Assembly: GCA_026414265.1 (NCBI GenBank)
Contig: JAOAJI010000001.1
Location: 4,009 to 63,467, forward strand
Direction of reading: 5' to 3'
Length of the DNA: 59,459 nt
Source: Candidatus Micrarchaeota archaeon
GTDB lineage: Archaea; Micrarchaeota; Micrarchaeia; Anstonellales; SKW190
In this document: positions 31,125 to 41,971 of the stretch, piece after piece
How the letters are laid out: each line of letters starts with the position of its first letter
Position numbering within the stretch: position 1 is the stretch's first letter
Translations under genes and position numbers: made by a program
Notes under the pieces: generated by a model
The model's input: only the letters and a program-made list of their open reading frames with translations
Database searches by the model: none
What the model was told of the DNA's origin: nothing

Positions 31125-31897
31125 ATTACACATCAATAGTGTAATTAAATTAATTAGAAGTGATTAAAATGGACTCTGATATAGATAACCAAAACCAAGA
31201 ATCTATCAATAAAATAAAAAATTTTGCAGACTCAGTAAAAACTGAGTTGCTACAAATAGACAATAATACATTAAAAGAATTCAATGATCCGTTATTCATA
31301 GGAATTCTCCTCTTCAAACTACTAGAAGAGAGAGAAAACACAAACAGGTTGCTCAAAACATTATTACAGAAAATCGAGCAACTCGAAAGAAAAATAGACA
31401 AAACTGATTCTCAAGGAATTAACCTAGAATCAGTCCAAGAAAAACTAGAATTGAATTTGGATTTATTACCAGAACAAGATCAGAAAATTATAGAATTAAT
31501 TAAACTGAGGGGAAAGGTTTGTGCTGCAGAAATAAAAGAAGAATTTAATTACAAAGGTGAAAACGCCGCAAGTGCGAGACTAAACAGATTGTTTGCACTT
31601 GGTTATCTGAAAAAAACAAACGTAGGAAAGAAGGTCTATTTCCTACTGAACGAATAATGGATCATTTAAAAGCCTCCACAGGCAACGTGTAAATTATTAA
31701 TTTGTTAATGTGCAAGGCGATTATACCAAAGGCAGAGAGATTAATTTTCATAAATAATAAAAATAAAGACCAGTTTTTTGCCGAAAATAATAAAAGGCAA
31801 ATTAAAAAAATTTAATGCTTCTGCCTCCCTCAAGAGAAGTTATTCTAGCTTCTTAGCAGAAGAGAAAACAACCCCCTCAAAAAACCCTCCAGCGTCA
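31112..31897. repeat. 13-bp inverted repeat pair flanking the wHTH gene
   Basis: TGACGCTGGAGGG at 31112-31124 and its exact reverse complement CCCTCCAGCGTCA at 31885-31897, both intergenic. Confidence 0.75.
31160..31657 (+). CDS. Coiled-coil plus C-terminal winged-helix DNA-binding protein
   Basis: Coiled coil (LLEERENTNRLLK), then LPEQDQKIIELI..GKVCAAEI..NAASARLNRL..GYLKK..VGKKVYF. Confidence 0.75.
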   Translation: MIKMDSDIDNQNQESINKIKNFADSVKTELLQIDNNTLKEFNDPLFIGILLFKLLEERENTNRLLKTLLQKIEQLERKIDKTDSQGINLESVQEKLELNLDLLPEQDQKIIELIKLRGKVCAAEIKEEFNYKGENAASARLNRLFALGYLKKTNVGKKVYFLLNE

Positions 31898-31922
31898 ATT
31901 TCCTAACTAAGATTTAACACAA

Positions 31923-33665
31923 CTAGGCTTTTCTTCTGAACATTTTTTCAATATCTCCAAAAGTAAGTTTAATGACTACAGGTCTTCCATGAGGACAAGT
32001 AAACGGCTTCTCTGTACTCATTAATCTTTGAATCAAATCACTCATTTCTTTGAAACTCAGTTCATGATTTGCTTTGATCGCGCTTTTACATGCTTTCAAA
32101 GCCATTTTTTCTCTAAATTGTGCATCATCAATATTTTGAGTGTTTACAAATTCTTCTAAAATTTCTTTAATCAGATTTTGTCTGTATTCCAAGAACTCTG
32201 GTATGGCTCTCAAAACAAAGTAGTTATCACCAAATTGTTCGATTTCAAAGCCTTGGGAATTGAATTTATCAATTAACATAGACATCAGTTTCGATTCTGC
32301 AGCAGTCAAATTCAACGTGATTGGCATAACCAATTCTTTTTTCTTAAGTTCTTTATTCGAAATCAATTTATCGTAGATGATTCTTTCTTCGGCTGCATGC
32401 TGATCTACTAAAACTAATTCATTGGTAGTTTCAAGCAGAATGTAAGTCTTGTTAACTTGCCCGATTATTCTGTAATTTGCAAACTGTGCAACGTTATTTC
32501 CTTTTGGAGCAGACAAATTTTTTAGAAATTGCTTGTTTGGCTTTATTACAGAGCTAATATCTTTTTCTTCAAAAACGAGCTGTGTTTTTTGTTTGTTTAA
32601 ATCATTGAGACTAACAAAAGACTTTCCAGTCCTATTATCAGGTACTACGCTAGTTTTTATACCAATCCTTAATTCAGAAGAGTTTTTGAGATTCTCAGTA
32701 AATTTCTTGAACGAGTCTTTAATCAGAGAATAAACCTTTTCGATGTTAAGAAATTTTACTGACTTCTTGTTAGGATGAACATTTACGTCAACTTCTTCAA
32801 AAGGCAAAACTAACCTCAGAACAAACACTGGATTGGTGGCTAAAAAAATCATGTCTTTGTAAAGGTTTTTGACAAACTCCTCTATTTCGTAGGATTTAAC
32901 TAATCTGTTGTTAACAATCAAAAGCTGATAACTTGACGACTTGACTGAGAAACCTGGAATAGAATAATAAGCAATCAAATTGTAATTTTCTTTTTGTGAC
33001 TCAATTCTAATAAGATTTCTTGCTATATCATAGCCAAAAACTTCACGTATTCTTTCTGATTCAGTTGATTCGTAGTATTCCTTGTATATTTTTTGGTCAA
33101 TCAAAATTGTGAACTTAACATTCCAATAAATTATTGCAAAATTTTCAATCAATTTCATTATATTGTAGAGCTCATTTTTGAAGTTTTCCAATTGTTTTCT
33201 CCTAACAGGCATGTTATAAAACAAGTCTTCCACAATTACTTCTGTGCCTTTTGTAATAGCAGCTATTCCTTCAGAGATAACCTTGCCTTCCTTGAGCTTA
33301 ACAAAATAGCCATTTTGACTATTTTCTGTTTTACTTTTTATGGTTAAAATAGCTACTCTTGAAATACTGGCCAGAGCTTCACCCCTGAAACCCAAAGTTC
33401 TGATTTTTTTCAAGTCATTTTCATCAGAAATTTTACTTGTTGTATGTGGCAATGCACAAATCAATAGATCTTCTTTGTCCATTCCGTCGCCGTTGTCTCT
33501 CACTACAAGTGTTCTCAAGTTTTTAGACAGTTCTATAACGATTCTGTTCGCGTTTGCATCTATGGAATTCTCAATTAATTCTTTGATGACGTTCAAGGGT
33601 CTTTCGATAACCTCCCCAGCAGCTATTTTTTCTTGGAGCTCTTTGCTCAAAAACTTTATTTTCAT
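31923..33665 (-). CDS. mutL: DNA mismatch repair endonuclease MutL
   Basis: IAAGEVIERP, KELIENSIDA, GFRGEAL, DVNVHP, DQHAAEERIIYD, ACK, CPHGRP. Confidence 0.96.
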   Translation of the reverse strand: MKIKFLSKELQEKIAAGEVIERPLNVIKELIENSIDANANRIVIELSKNLRTLVVRDNGDGMDKEDLLICALPHTTSKISDENDLKKIRTLGFRGEALASISRVAILTIKSKTENSQNGYFVKLKEGKVISEGIAAITKGTEVIVEDLFYNMPVRRKQLENFKNELYNIMKLIENFAIIYWNVKFTILIDQKIYKEYYESTESERIREVFGYDIARNLIRIESQKENYNLIAYYSIPGFSVKSSSYQLLIVNNRLVKSYEIEEFVKNLYKDMIFLATNPVFVLRLVLPFEEVDVNVHPNKKSVKFLNIEKVYSLIKDSFKKFTENLKNSSELRIGIKTSVVPDNRTGKSFVSLNDLNKQKTQLVFEEKDISSVIKPNKQFLKNLSAPKGNNVAQFANYRIIGQVNKTYILLETTNELVLVDQHAAEERIIYDKLISNKELKKKELVMPITLNLTAAESKLMSMLIDKFNSQGFEIEQFGDNYFVLRAIPEFLEYRQNLIKEILEEFVNTQNIDDAQFREKMALKACKSAIKANHELSFKEMSDLIQRLMSTEKPFTCPHGRPVVIKLTFGDIEKMFRRKA

Positions 33666-33673
33666 AAATAACA

Positions 33674-36229
33674 CTAGTTTTCAAAATAATTTGATAATTT
33701 GTTTTGCTTAATCTGGTTCATATTTTCTCGAACCAAACTTTTTTCTTCTTGGTTAATTAAATTACTACTTATAGCTTTCTTCTTTTCCTGCAACTCGAAC
33801 ATTTCCATAAGAAATTCTGCCTTTTTGATAACGTTGTCAGGTAAACCAGCAAGCTTTGCAACGTGAATACCGTAGCTTTTGTCTATTTTGCCTCTCAAAA
33901 ACCTGTAAGTGAAAATTATTTTTTGATTTTCCTCTTTTACCTCAACATAATAATTTACTACGTTATCCAAGTTTAGCTCAAGCTCGTTCAATTGATGGTA
34001 ATGAGTTGCAAACATTGTTTTTGCTTTGATGTGCTTAGCGATATATTCTGCAATAGCATATGCAAGACTTATACCATCGTATGTAGAAGTCCCTCGACCA
34101 ATCTCGTCCAAAATTATGAAAGACCTTTCCGTCGCATTATTGAGTATAAAAGCTGTTTCAAGCATCTCAAGCATAAAAGTAGACTGCCCAGATACTATGT
34201 CGTCTCTCGCACCTATTCTTGAAAATATTTTGTCTACTATTGGAATCTTTGCCTTCTTTGCAGGTACAAAACTGCCCAGATGAGCCATGACAATGGCCAA
34301 AGCAGTCATTCTCATGATCGTAGATTTTCCTGCCATGTTAGGGCCTGTTATTACAAGTAATCTTTCTTTTTCATTCATTAAAATGTCATTAGGAATGAAA
34401 TATGTCAGTACTTTTTCCATAACAGGATGTCTTAATTCTTTGATTTCTAAATCAAAAGATTCATGCATTATGGGCTTAACGTAATCATTTCTTTGAGCAA
34501 CCATAGCAAGTGAATGAATACAATCTAAATAAGAAATCGCTCTAGACAAGTAGAATAAATTATTGTAGGACTCGTCAATTTTTTTCAAGACTTGTTCAAA
34601 AAGTTCTTTTTCCAAATTCGCGATTCTTTCATCCAAATTTAAAATTTCTATTTCTTTCTTGTGTAATTCATCAGTGATAAACCTTTCTGAAGAAACTTGG
34701 GTTTGTTTTCTTATGTAATCTCTTGGTACTTTGTCAAGATTTGCTTTTGATACTTCTATAAAGAAGCCAAAAACAGAGTTGTATTTGACTTTCAAAGACT
34801 TTATTCCTGTTCTTTTCCTCTCACGTTCCTCGTAATCCAATAGCCAGGAATTCAAATTACTTCGCAATGACTTGAGTTCGTCTAATTCTTTTGAATAGCC
34901 TTGTTTAATCAAAATCGATTCATCAAAAGTATCGTCTATAGCCAAGCTTAATTCGTTCATCAGTGACAAAATATTACTCAGATAGTTTTCAACGCTTAAC
35001 ATAGTTTCTTGAGTCAAAAATTCAGGATTTTTAACAAATATACGTTCAAACACTTCATATGAATCAGCTTTTAGAGAATTTACAATTTCCAAAGAATGCT
35101 CCAAAGAATTTCTGAGTGATAATAAATCCTTCTTGGAAGTATTTCTTAGTTTTATTCTAGTCAATACACGTTCAATATCAGAAATTTCTTTTAGTTGGTC
35201 ATGAATATAACTAAGGAGCTTGGAATTAAAATAGAATTTCTCAACCAAATCTAACCTATTGTTGATTTTATCAATTTTTCTTAATGGCTTTGTGAGCCAA
35301 AACTTTAGTAATCTCTTTCCCATGACAGTAGAAGTATAATTCAGAACAGAAAATAGAGTATTGTTTTCAGAGCCGTCTCTCATGGATTTTACTAACTCTA
35401 AATTAGTTGCAGTGTTACTATCTATTTCAAGATATTCATCAAAATTTATTCTTTTAACAGTACAAAAATGAGATTTGCTCAATTTCAAGTTCTCAGCTAT
35501 ATACTTTATCAGATTGGCTATAGGGATAATTTCATTATCACTTATACCGAAACAAGATAAGTCAGAGACTTCAAAGAACTCTTTAAGAAATCCTTTAGCT
35601 GAATTTAGCTCTGCATTTTCAACTACTGTATAAAACAAACCTCTTTTCTTTAAAGATTCGAGAATAGAAATATCATTATTGTCTAATATCACTTCTGATG
35701 GTAAAAACTTGTCTAAAATTTCATCTAAAGCATAGTTAGAGAAAAAGAACAATTCTCCTGTTGAAATGTCTGCCATACCATAAGAAATTGCTTTAGTCTT
35801 ATCTGGCTTAGACACAGAAAGCAAATAATTGTTAGAAGTAGACAGAAGATTCTCTTCTATCAGTGTACCTGGAGTAATTATCCTTACCACGTCACGCTTT
35901 ATCAAACCCTTAGCGAACTTAGCATCCTCTAACTGCTCGCATATGGCTATTTTTCTTCCTTTTTCGATTAATTTTTTCAGGTAGTTGTAAACAGAATGGT
36001 AGGGTATTCCTGCCAAAGGTACTTTTTTTTCCCCCTTTCCCTTAGAAGTCAATACTATGTTTAAGTCCTGTGCTAGTGTCTTTGCATCGTCAAAAAAGGC
36101 CTCGTAGAAATCGCCCATACGGAAAAGAACTAAGCAATCATTGTGCTTCTTTTTAATTTTAAGGTATTGGAGAACTGCAGGCGTAAGATTAGATTCATTT
36201 ATGTTGTCTGAAATGCCTTGAGTTTCCAT
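33674..36229 (-). CDS. mutS: DNA mismatch repair protein MutS (MutS1)
   Basis: FRMGDFYE, TGPNMAGKS, STFMLEM, DEIGRGTST, FATHYH, SYGIHVAKLAGLP. Confidence 0.97.
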   Translation of the reverse strand: METQGISDNINESNLTPAVLQYLKIKKKHNDCLVLFRMGDFYEAFFDDAKTLAQDLNIVLTSKGKGEKKVPLAGIPYHSVYNYLKKLIEKGRKIAICEQLEDAKFAKGLIKRDVVRIITPGTLIEENLLSTSNNYLLSVSKPDKTKAISYGMADISTGELFFFSNYALDEILDKFLPSEVILDNNDISILESLKKRGLFYTVVENAELNSAKGFLKEFFEVSDLSCFGISDNEIIPIANLIKYIAENLKLSKSHFCTVKRINFDEYLEIDSNTATNLELVKSMRDGSENNTLFSVLNYTSTVMGKRLLKFWLTKPLRKIDKINNRLDLVEKFYFNSKLLSYIHDQLKEISDIERVLTRIKLRNTSKKDLLSLRNSLEHSLEIVNSLKADSYEVFERIFVKNPEFLTQETMLSVENYLSNILSLMNELSLAIDDTFDESILIKQGYSKELDELKSLRSNLNSWLLDYEERERKRTGIKSLKVKYNSVFGFFIEVSKANLDKVPRDYIRKQTQVSSERFITDELHKKEIEILNLDERIANLEKELFEQVLKKIDESYNNLFYLSRAISYLDCIHSLAMVAQRNDYVKPIMHESFDLEIKELRHPVMEKVLTYFIPNDILMNEKERLLVITGPNMAGKSTIMRMTALAIVMAHLGSFVPAKKAKIPIVDKIFSRIGARDDIVSGQSTFMLEMLETAFILNNATERSFIILDEIGRGTSTYDGISLAYAIAEYIAKHIKAKTMFATHYHQLNELELNLDNVVNYYVEVKEENQKIIFTYRFLRGKIDKSYGIHVAKLAGLPDNVIKKAEFLMEMFELQEKKKAISSNLINQEEKSLVRENMNQIKQNKLSNYFEN

Positions 36230-36323
36230 ATGATATTAATTCAATACGTTAAATTTAAAGTATGAGATGAAATAAGAATTACTATTTCTGATAGGGATTT
36301 AATCCTTATCTACAAAAACTATT

Positions 36324-37166
36324 TTGATGCCAAAATTGAATACCGAAAAAGTAAGTAATTACAAACGATTTGTAGTTAGAGATAAAATAGAAGAGGCAAA
36401 AGATATATTTACTCTAATTTTTGACAAAAACTTGAAGTCATTGCCTGGACAATTTGTAATGGTATGGCTACCTGGAATAGACGAAAAACCGTTCAGCATA
36501 GGCAATGACAATCCTCTTGAATTGAGCATAGCAAAAAGGGGTAGCTTTTCATCAAAACTGTGTGAATTAGAAGTAAATCAAGAAGTTTTTGTCAGAGGAC
36601 CTTATGGGAATTGTTTTTCCATAAATGATATTAGAGCTAACGATCTCCTAGTACTGGTTGCTGGTAGTTATGGATTAGTACCTTTAAGATTCTTATTAAA
36701 TTACATAGCAAAAACAAAAAAAGATCTATTCAACGATATTGAGATTGTATTAATTTATGGAGTTAGAACAAAAGAATTTATAATGAAAAATTTACCAAAA
36801 AGCAAAAAAGTTAATGTCGTTATAACAACAGACGATGGAAGTTTTGGCATGAAAGGCAGAGTTACAGATGCTCTAAAAGACATACTAGAAAAAAACGTAC
36901 ATGAATATACTAATATCCACGTCATGACCTGTGGTAATGAAAAAATGAGCTTTGCAGTAGCAAAACTATGCGAGAATTACAAGAACGTCAAACTACAAAT
37001 GTCATTGGAAAGAATAATGAAATGTGCGATAGGCATATGCGGTCACTGTGCCATAGGTAGTAAGTTGTGTTGCAGAGACGGAACTGTTTTTGGAATAGAG
37101 ATCTTGAAAGAAAACGAGTTTGGGAGAATTTGGAGAGAACTTGACGGAAGTGAAACAATTCTATGA
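36324..37166 (+). CDS. pyrK: Dihydroorotate dehydrogenase electron transfer subunit
   Basis: PGQFVMVWLPG..EKPFS, RGPYGN, TDDGS, ERIMKCAIGICGHC..C; adjacent to pyrC. Confidence 0.9.
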   Translation: MMPKLNTEKVSNYKRFVVRDKIEEAKDIFTLIFDKNLKSLPGQFVMVWLPGIDEKPFSIGNDNPLELSIAKRGSFSSKLCELEVNQEVFVRGPYGNCFSINDIRANDLLVLVAGSYGLVPLRFLLNYIAKTKKDLFNDIEIVLIYGVRTKEFIMKNLPKSKKVNVVITTDDGSFGMKGRVTDALKDILEKNVHEYTNIHVMTCGNEKMSFAVAKLCENYKNVKLQMSLERIMKCAIGICGHCAIGSKLCCRDGTVFGIEILKENEFGRIWRELDGSETIL

Positions 37167-38437
37167 AAAGTGAAGATGACATAGACTTTGTTTTGGTGAA
37201 AAAAGCAAAGGTAATTTCAAAAAGCAAGATAATAGAACAAGACGTGTTGTTTAACTATAAAATTATAAAAGTTGGTAAAAATTTGCAAGATGATGCCAAC
37301 ATAATAATTGACGCAACTGACTATTATTTGATGTATGGGTTTATTGATCCACACGTTCATTTAAGAAACTTTAGTGAATCATATAAAGAGGATTTTGAAT
37401 CAGGAACCAAAGCTGCTGTTCATGGAGGAGCAACTACTGTAATAGATATGCCTAACAACAAACCTTTTGTAGACGATCAAAATAAACTTGATAGAAAAAT
37501 TGAACTAGCTAAAAACAGCAAGTTATATTGTAATCTACATTTTTACTTAGGGATAAGCAAGAATAATATAGATAATTTTTTTCAAGTAAAAAACTGCATA
37601 GGTTACAAATTATATGCTTCACAAACCACTAATGTAGAAGAAAACTTGAGCTTTGAAGAATTAAAAAAAATACTAGTTAATTATGACAAAGACAAAACTC
37701 AAAGACCTTTGTATGTCCATGCAGAAAAAGTAACTAATCATGTAACAAAAAACTTAGAGGAGCATGAAAAAAGCAGAAGCGAATTTGACGAGCTTGAACT
37801 GGTTAAACATTTGTGTGACATCAATAAAAAGATCCACATTACTCATGTATCTTCTCCGTTCACAGCAGACTTTCTTGTAAAAAATCGAGTTTCTTTTGAT
37901 TTGACTCCTCATCACTGCATGTTCTATTTAGATGAAAACATTGTTTTATCTGAAAAGGCACAAAATCTTCTAAAGGTTAATCCTCCGATAAGGAAAATAG
38001 AAAGTCAGAAATTCCTGACAGGATACTTAAAAACCAGTTATTGCTTATTAGGATCTGACCATGCACCGCATTCAATGGATGAAAAATCTGATGAATTCAG
38101 TAAATGTCCATCAGGCATAAGCTCCTTAGACGTAATATTGCCACTTTGGCTACACATATTCACAAATATAGAGGAAAAGCATTCAGGAATGAGATTATTG
38201 GCAGAAAAGAATTTGAAAATGTATAGGAAATTCAGGATAAAAAACAAAGGAGAAATAAAGAAGGACAATGTAGCAGATTTGGTCATCTTCGAGGAAAAAG
38301 AAGTAAGAATAGACACGTCAAATTGGTTTTCGAAAGCAAAAAAAAGCCCTTATAACGGTTTTCTCTTAGGATATAAAGTAGTTACTACGATCGTGAATGG
38401 CAAACTAAGATACCATAATGGAAAAGTTCACGAATGA
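37163..38437 (+). CDS. pyrC: Dihydroorotase
   Basis: IDPHVHLR, GGATTVIDMPN, VHAE, KVNPPIR, GSDHAPH. Confidence 0.92.
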   Translation: MKSEDDIDFVLVKKAKVISKSKIIEQDVLFNYKIIKVGKNLQDDANIIIDATDYYLMYGFIDPHVHLRNFSESYKEDFESGTKAAVHGGATTVIDMPNNKPFVDDQNKLDRKIELAKNSKLYCNLHFYLGISKNNIDNFFQVKNCIGYKLYASQTTNVEENLSFEELKKILVNYDKDKTQRPLYVHAEKVTNHVTKNLEEHEKSRSEFDELELVKHLCDINKKIHITHVSSPFTADFLVKNRVSFDLTPHHCMFYLDENIVLSEKAQNLLKVNPPIRKIESQKFLTGYLKTSYCLLGSDHAPHSMDEKSDEFSKCPSGISSLDVILPLWLHIFTNIEEKHSGMRLLAEKNLKMYRKFRIKNKGEIKKDNVADLVIFEEKEVRIDTSNWFSKAKKSPYNGFLLGYKVVTTIVNGKLRYHNGKVHE

Positions 38438-38467
38438 TTTAAAAAATGTTATAAATAACATATTAAT

Positions 38468-39586
38468 ATGGAATATAAAAACAATAATTCTCTATTAGCT
38501 CAGAGACCAAACAAAATAATAGGTACTCCTCAACAAGATTTCATCAGTAGGAGATACCTGCTGTCAGGCTATTCTCTCTTAGTTTCCACATTACAAGAAT
38601 TAAGAGAAAGAAGGATAATCTTTTTTGAAAGTCAAGAAAAAGAGAAGGCTAAAATCCATGGTTTCGAAAGAGAGACATATACAGTTAAAACCACAGAAGA
38701 GATTTCGTTAATCTGCATTTCTGGGAGGACTCACGAAGAAGAAAAAAGTTCAGAGTTCGAATTGAGAATAGTGCCATTGGTGTTAAACATAAATGATAGA
38801 AATCTTTTATTAGGAGAATTTCTAGTGAAAAAAAAGAACAAAACATATCCAATACTATTTTACAGGAGTAGTGGTAATACAAGAGGTTATGACTCAGGAA
38901 AATGGAGAATCTCTGCTCTTAGCCTAACAATTCCAATATCTGCTCTTGTTGATAATCCAAAAAAAAGATCAGAGAAAGATTACATAAGTTTGTTGAAAGC
39001 TTTTGCTAATTCTGATTCGTTGAATTCATTGGATTTAGATTCTTTCAACAGATTGTTTTATCAGATTTATGAAAGATATATACCAGTGATTGCCAGATAT
39101 AACAATTCCAGGTATCTTGCACTGACAAGTAAAGAGGAACCACGTGTAACGTATTTGATAACTAAACCAGAGTCTATAGACCTTCGCTACTTCTGGCTTA
39201 TCAAACTTAAATTAGACGATAAGCTAACTGAAGATGTGAAAAGTGAAGTAAAAAGAAGACATCCAGAGTTCACAAAAAGCGAAGATTTTGACAAAATGAT
39301 CTTGATAGATGCAGACGTCTTTTTAAGACTAGACGATTTTCTCGAATCTGTATATACTCATCTATTAAGCAAAGGTAAATTAGCGAGATTAGATGAACGT
39401 AATGCTGATGTAAAGATAGGCAATGAAACCTTAGTTGAATACCTGTGGAAGCGTCAATTACTTTACGTATGTCCTTACTTACCTTATTCTAATGTTAGAG
39501 ACCTAGAGGAGTTACCGACATATTCCCATGTGTTTAGGACCTATCCTGCTTTTTCGATTTTTGGTGCTTATGGTTATATTTGGTAA
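38468..39586 (+). CDS. Hypothetical protein
   Basis: 372-aa open frame with no recognisable motif. Confidence 0.65.
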   Translation: MEYKNNNSLLAQRPNKIIGTPQQDFISRRYLLSGYSLLVSTLQELRERRIIFFESQEKEKAKIHGFERETYTVKTTEEISLICISGRTHEEEKSSEFELRIVPLVLNINDRNLLLGEFLVKKKNKTYPILFYRSSGNTRGYDSGKWRISALSLTIPISALVDNPKKRSEKDYISLLKAFANSDSLNSLDLDSFNRLFYQIYERYIPVIARYNNSRYLALTSKEEPRVTYLITKPESIDLRYFWLIKLKLDDKLTEDVKSEVKRRHPEFTKSEDFDKMILIDADVFLRLDDFLESVYTHLLSKGKLARLDERNADVKIGNETLVEYLWKRQLLYVCPYLPYSNVRDLEELPTYSHVFRTYPAFSIFGAYGYIW

Positions 39587-39635
39587 AAAAAATGTTCATA
39601 ATGCTTCTTTACATAGTTATAATTAATATAAAAAG

Positions 39636-41697
39636 GTGATGAAGATGCCTGGAGAGGATATCATTATTGAAAGTGCTAATGAAAACACAAGTAATGAAAG
39701 AATTAAAGAATTAGAACAACTTAAAATGAATTATTTAAAAGAGTTAGAGAGACTACAGGAGGAAGAAAGAGAACTAATGCAAAAAAAAGATTACGAAAGT
39801 ATCAAAAGACTAAATCTAATAATTAGGCCCAATATCGCTGCCGTTAAAGAACAACTTGACCAAATTGAACAGCAACTAAGTTATGAGAGTTTATCACCAC
39901 TAGATAAAAAATTTATGACTTAGAAAAAAATATAGAAGAACTACAAAACAAAATAGAAGAGTTAGAAAAGCTTGGCTTTAAGAGAACTGCTGATCAACAA
40001 CACGACTTGACAAGATCCAGAAGTGAGCTACAAGAACTACAACGCGAACTACAAATATTAAAAGAACTCAAAAAACAAGACAGCACAACTGACACTACTT
40101 CGGCTGGAAAAAATAATACTGGTTCTAAAGAACCTGCTAACAAACCAGATCAATCAACCTCTAAAAATAATCAAGACGTTAACTCTGATAAACAACCTGA
40201 ACCACAAAAAGAGAATACGAACAAACATGCAAATGTTGATGTAAGTTCTCACGTGGATACACTAACCAAAATAAGAGAAAAATCACAAAGGATAACTGGC
40301 AAAGCGTCTAAAGTTAGAAGTATTACTTTTTTTTCACAAACTTTCCTGCCTGGGCAGTTCAACAAGTATTAAACAAACCTCAGGAAAATCAACAACAACC
40401 ACAAACTGCTGAAAATACAAACACACAACAAGGTAAAGAAGATGCTCTTAGAGTAGTAAAACAATCACCATATTCGTTAGCAAAATTAGGCCTTGGTATC
40501 GGAGTTCCTTTAGCTGTAAGCGCGCTGAGCTTAACAACCAACTTGCTATCAGGAATGCCGATAGTGAATGGAATCGTATCAGGAGTTGGTGCTGCTATAG
40601 GCGTGAAAGCATTGAGCGATACTCTTGCTAAAGCAAGTGTAATAAAAAGAACTGAAAAAGAAATAAGAAGTGTAAACATAGAATTGCTACACGTAGCGAT
40701 AGAAGAACAGAATAAATTGACTATTCCTCAACTAGGTGAAGCATTAACAACTACTCATGCAGACGTCTCGCTAACAACGATTTACTCTAAACATTATGAA
40801 AACTTAAGAAATTACCTAAACAACAATCCAGGAATGATATCTAGGTATATCAGAGCAGTAGCTGAGAGAAGTGTTGCATTGGCAGCCCATGATACAGTAG
40901 AGATGACTGAAGTTCAGAAATTCTTAGAATCGCATGTACAGGGAATTGCTGCTTTAATCGCTATAAAAAATGGAGCAGAATTCATTACAGAAGAACATGT
41001 TAAGAAGGCTCAAGAAGAACTAGACAAGGAAATTCAAAGCGCGAGCAAAAAAGGAAAATGGTACACTGCATTGAGATGGTTTATTTCTGCGATAGTTGGT
41101 ATAGTAACAGGCTGGTTTGCATGGTTTAAATCTTCTGAAGCAACAACTAGCGCCAATAAAACAGACGCATCAAGCACTACGAATTCTCAAGTGGAAACAA
41201 ATCAATCTGCCATAACACAACACGAAGGCGTTGTTACACCAGGAATAATAGATATCTCAACAGCAAAAAGCGATGTTCAAAGATTGATTGACTACATGAA
41301 GAACAACGAAGAAGTAGTTAAAAACATGTCATTCAGAGAGATAGTAGAAAAAGCAGGTCTACAAAGTGAAGAAGTTAAACAACAATTGATTGAAAGCTTT
41401 GTCTATACAGGTAAACCAATAGGTTTGGAAACACTTAGAAGATTCACAGGCTTGGACCCTGATTATTTAGCAGAACACGTTGTCAGAGTTGATGCAGCAA
41501 GAGATTCTGCAAATTTATCAGAATACCAAAAACTTTTGCATGAAGTAAGTAAAGGATTCGAAGAAGCCAAACAAACAGTTGATAAAACAGATCCTAAATG
41601 GAAAATTGCTCTAGACGCATTAAAGAAGCGATTAAACGATAAAGGAATTAACGTGGCAGAAGGAGGTACTCACATACCAAAAAGAAAAATAGTTTAA
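39636..41697 (+). pseudogene. Frameshift-split ~685-aa membrane/coiled-coil protein, paralog of 46190..48298
   Basis: ORFs 39636-39923, 40007-40372 and 40543-41697 join by adding one base at A6 (39906-39911) and one at T8 (40327-40334). The joined sequence aligns with the 702-aa paralog across the second junction (TNFPAWAVQQVL vs SNFHAWALKQVL). Confidence 0.75.
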
Positions 41698-41725
41698 TCT
41701 ACAAAAGACCTTTTTTATTTTTTTA

Positions 41726-41800
41726 CGCTCCCACTGGGATTTGAACCCAGGTCTTAGGCTTGAAAGGCCCACGTCCTTGGCCGGGCTAGACGATGGGAGC
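41726..41800 (-). tRNA. tRNA-Glu(TTC)
   Basis: Reverse complement reads GCTCCCA...TGGGC-CTTTCAA-GCCTA...CTGGG-TTCAAAT-CCCAG-TGGGAGC-G. Confidence 0.95.
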
Positions 41801-41971
41801 TTTAATATACTTTTTTGAAAAGAAGATTTAAAATATTTTTTAAAGTGTTGCAAAAATATATTCAGGTATGATAAACTTTAATTAGAAATAAAACCAATTC
41901 ATTTATATTTTTGCTTCTTATTACTAGTTTTACTCCTTGTATATTATGCTTTATACGAATTAATTTTTCTT

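Noticed and set aside
31658..31922. Long intergenic region as RNase P RNA or SRP RNA
   Set aside because: No GAGGAAAGUCC-type P4 signature or SRP helix-8 motif found on either strand, and the core is too AT-rich.
40940..41025. IAALIAIKNGAEFITEEHVKKA resembling a histone-fold or AAA-lid helix pair
   Set aside because: Short, not conserved in the paralog, and no Walker motifs are present.
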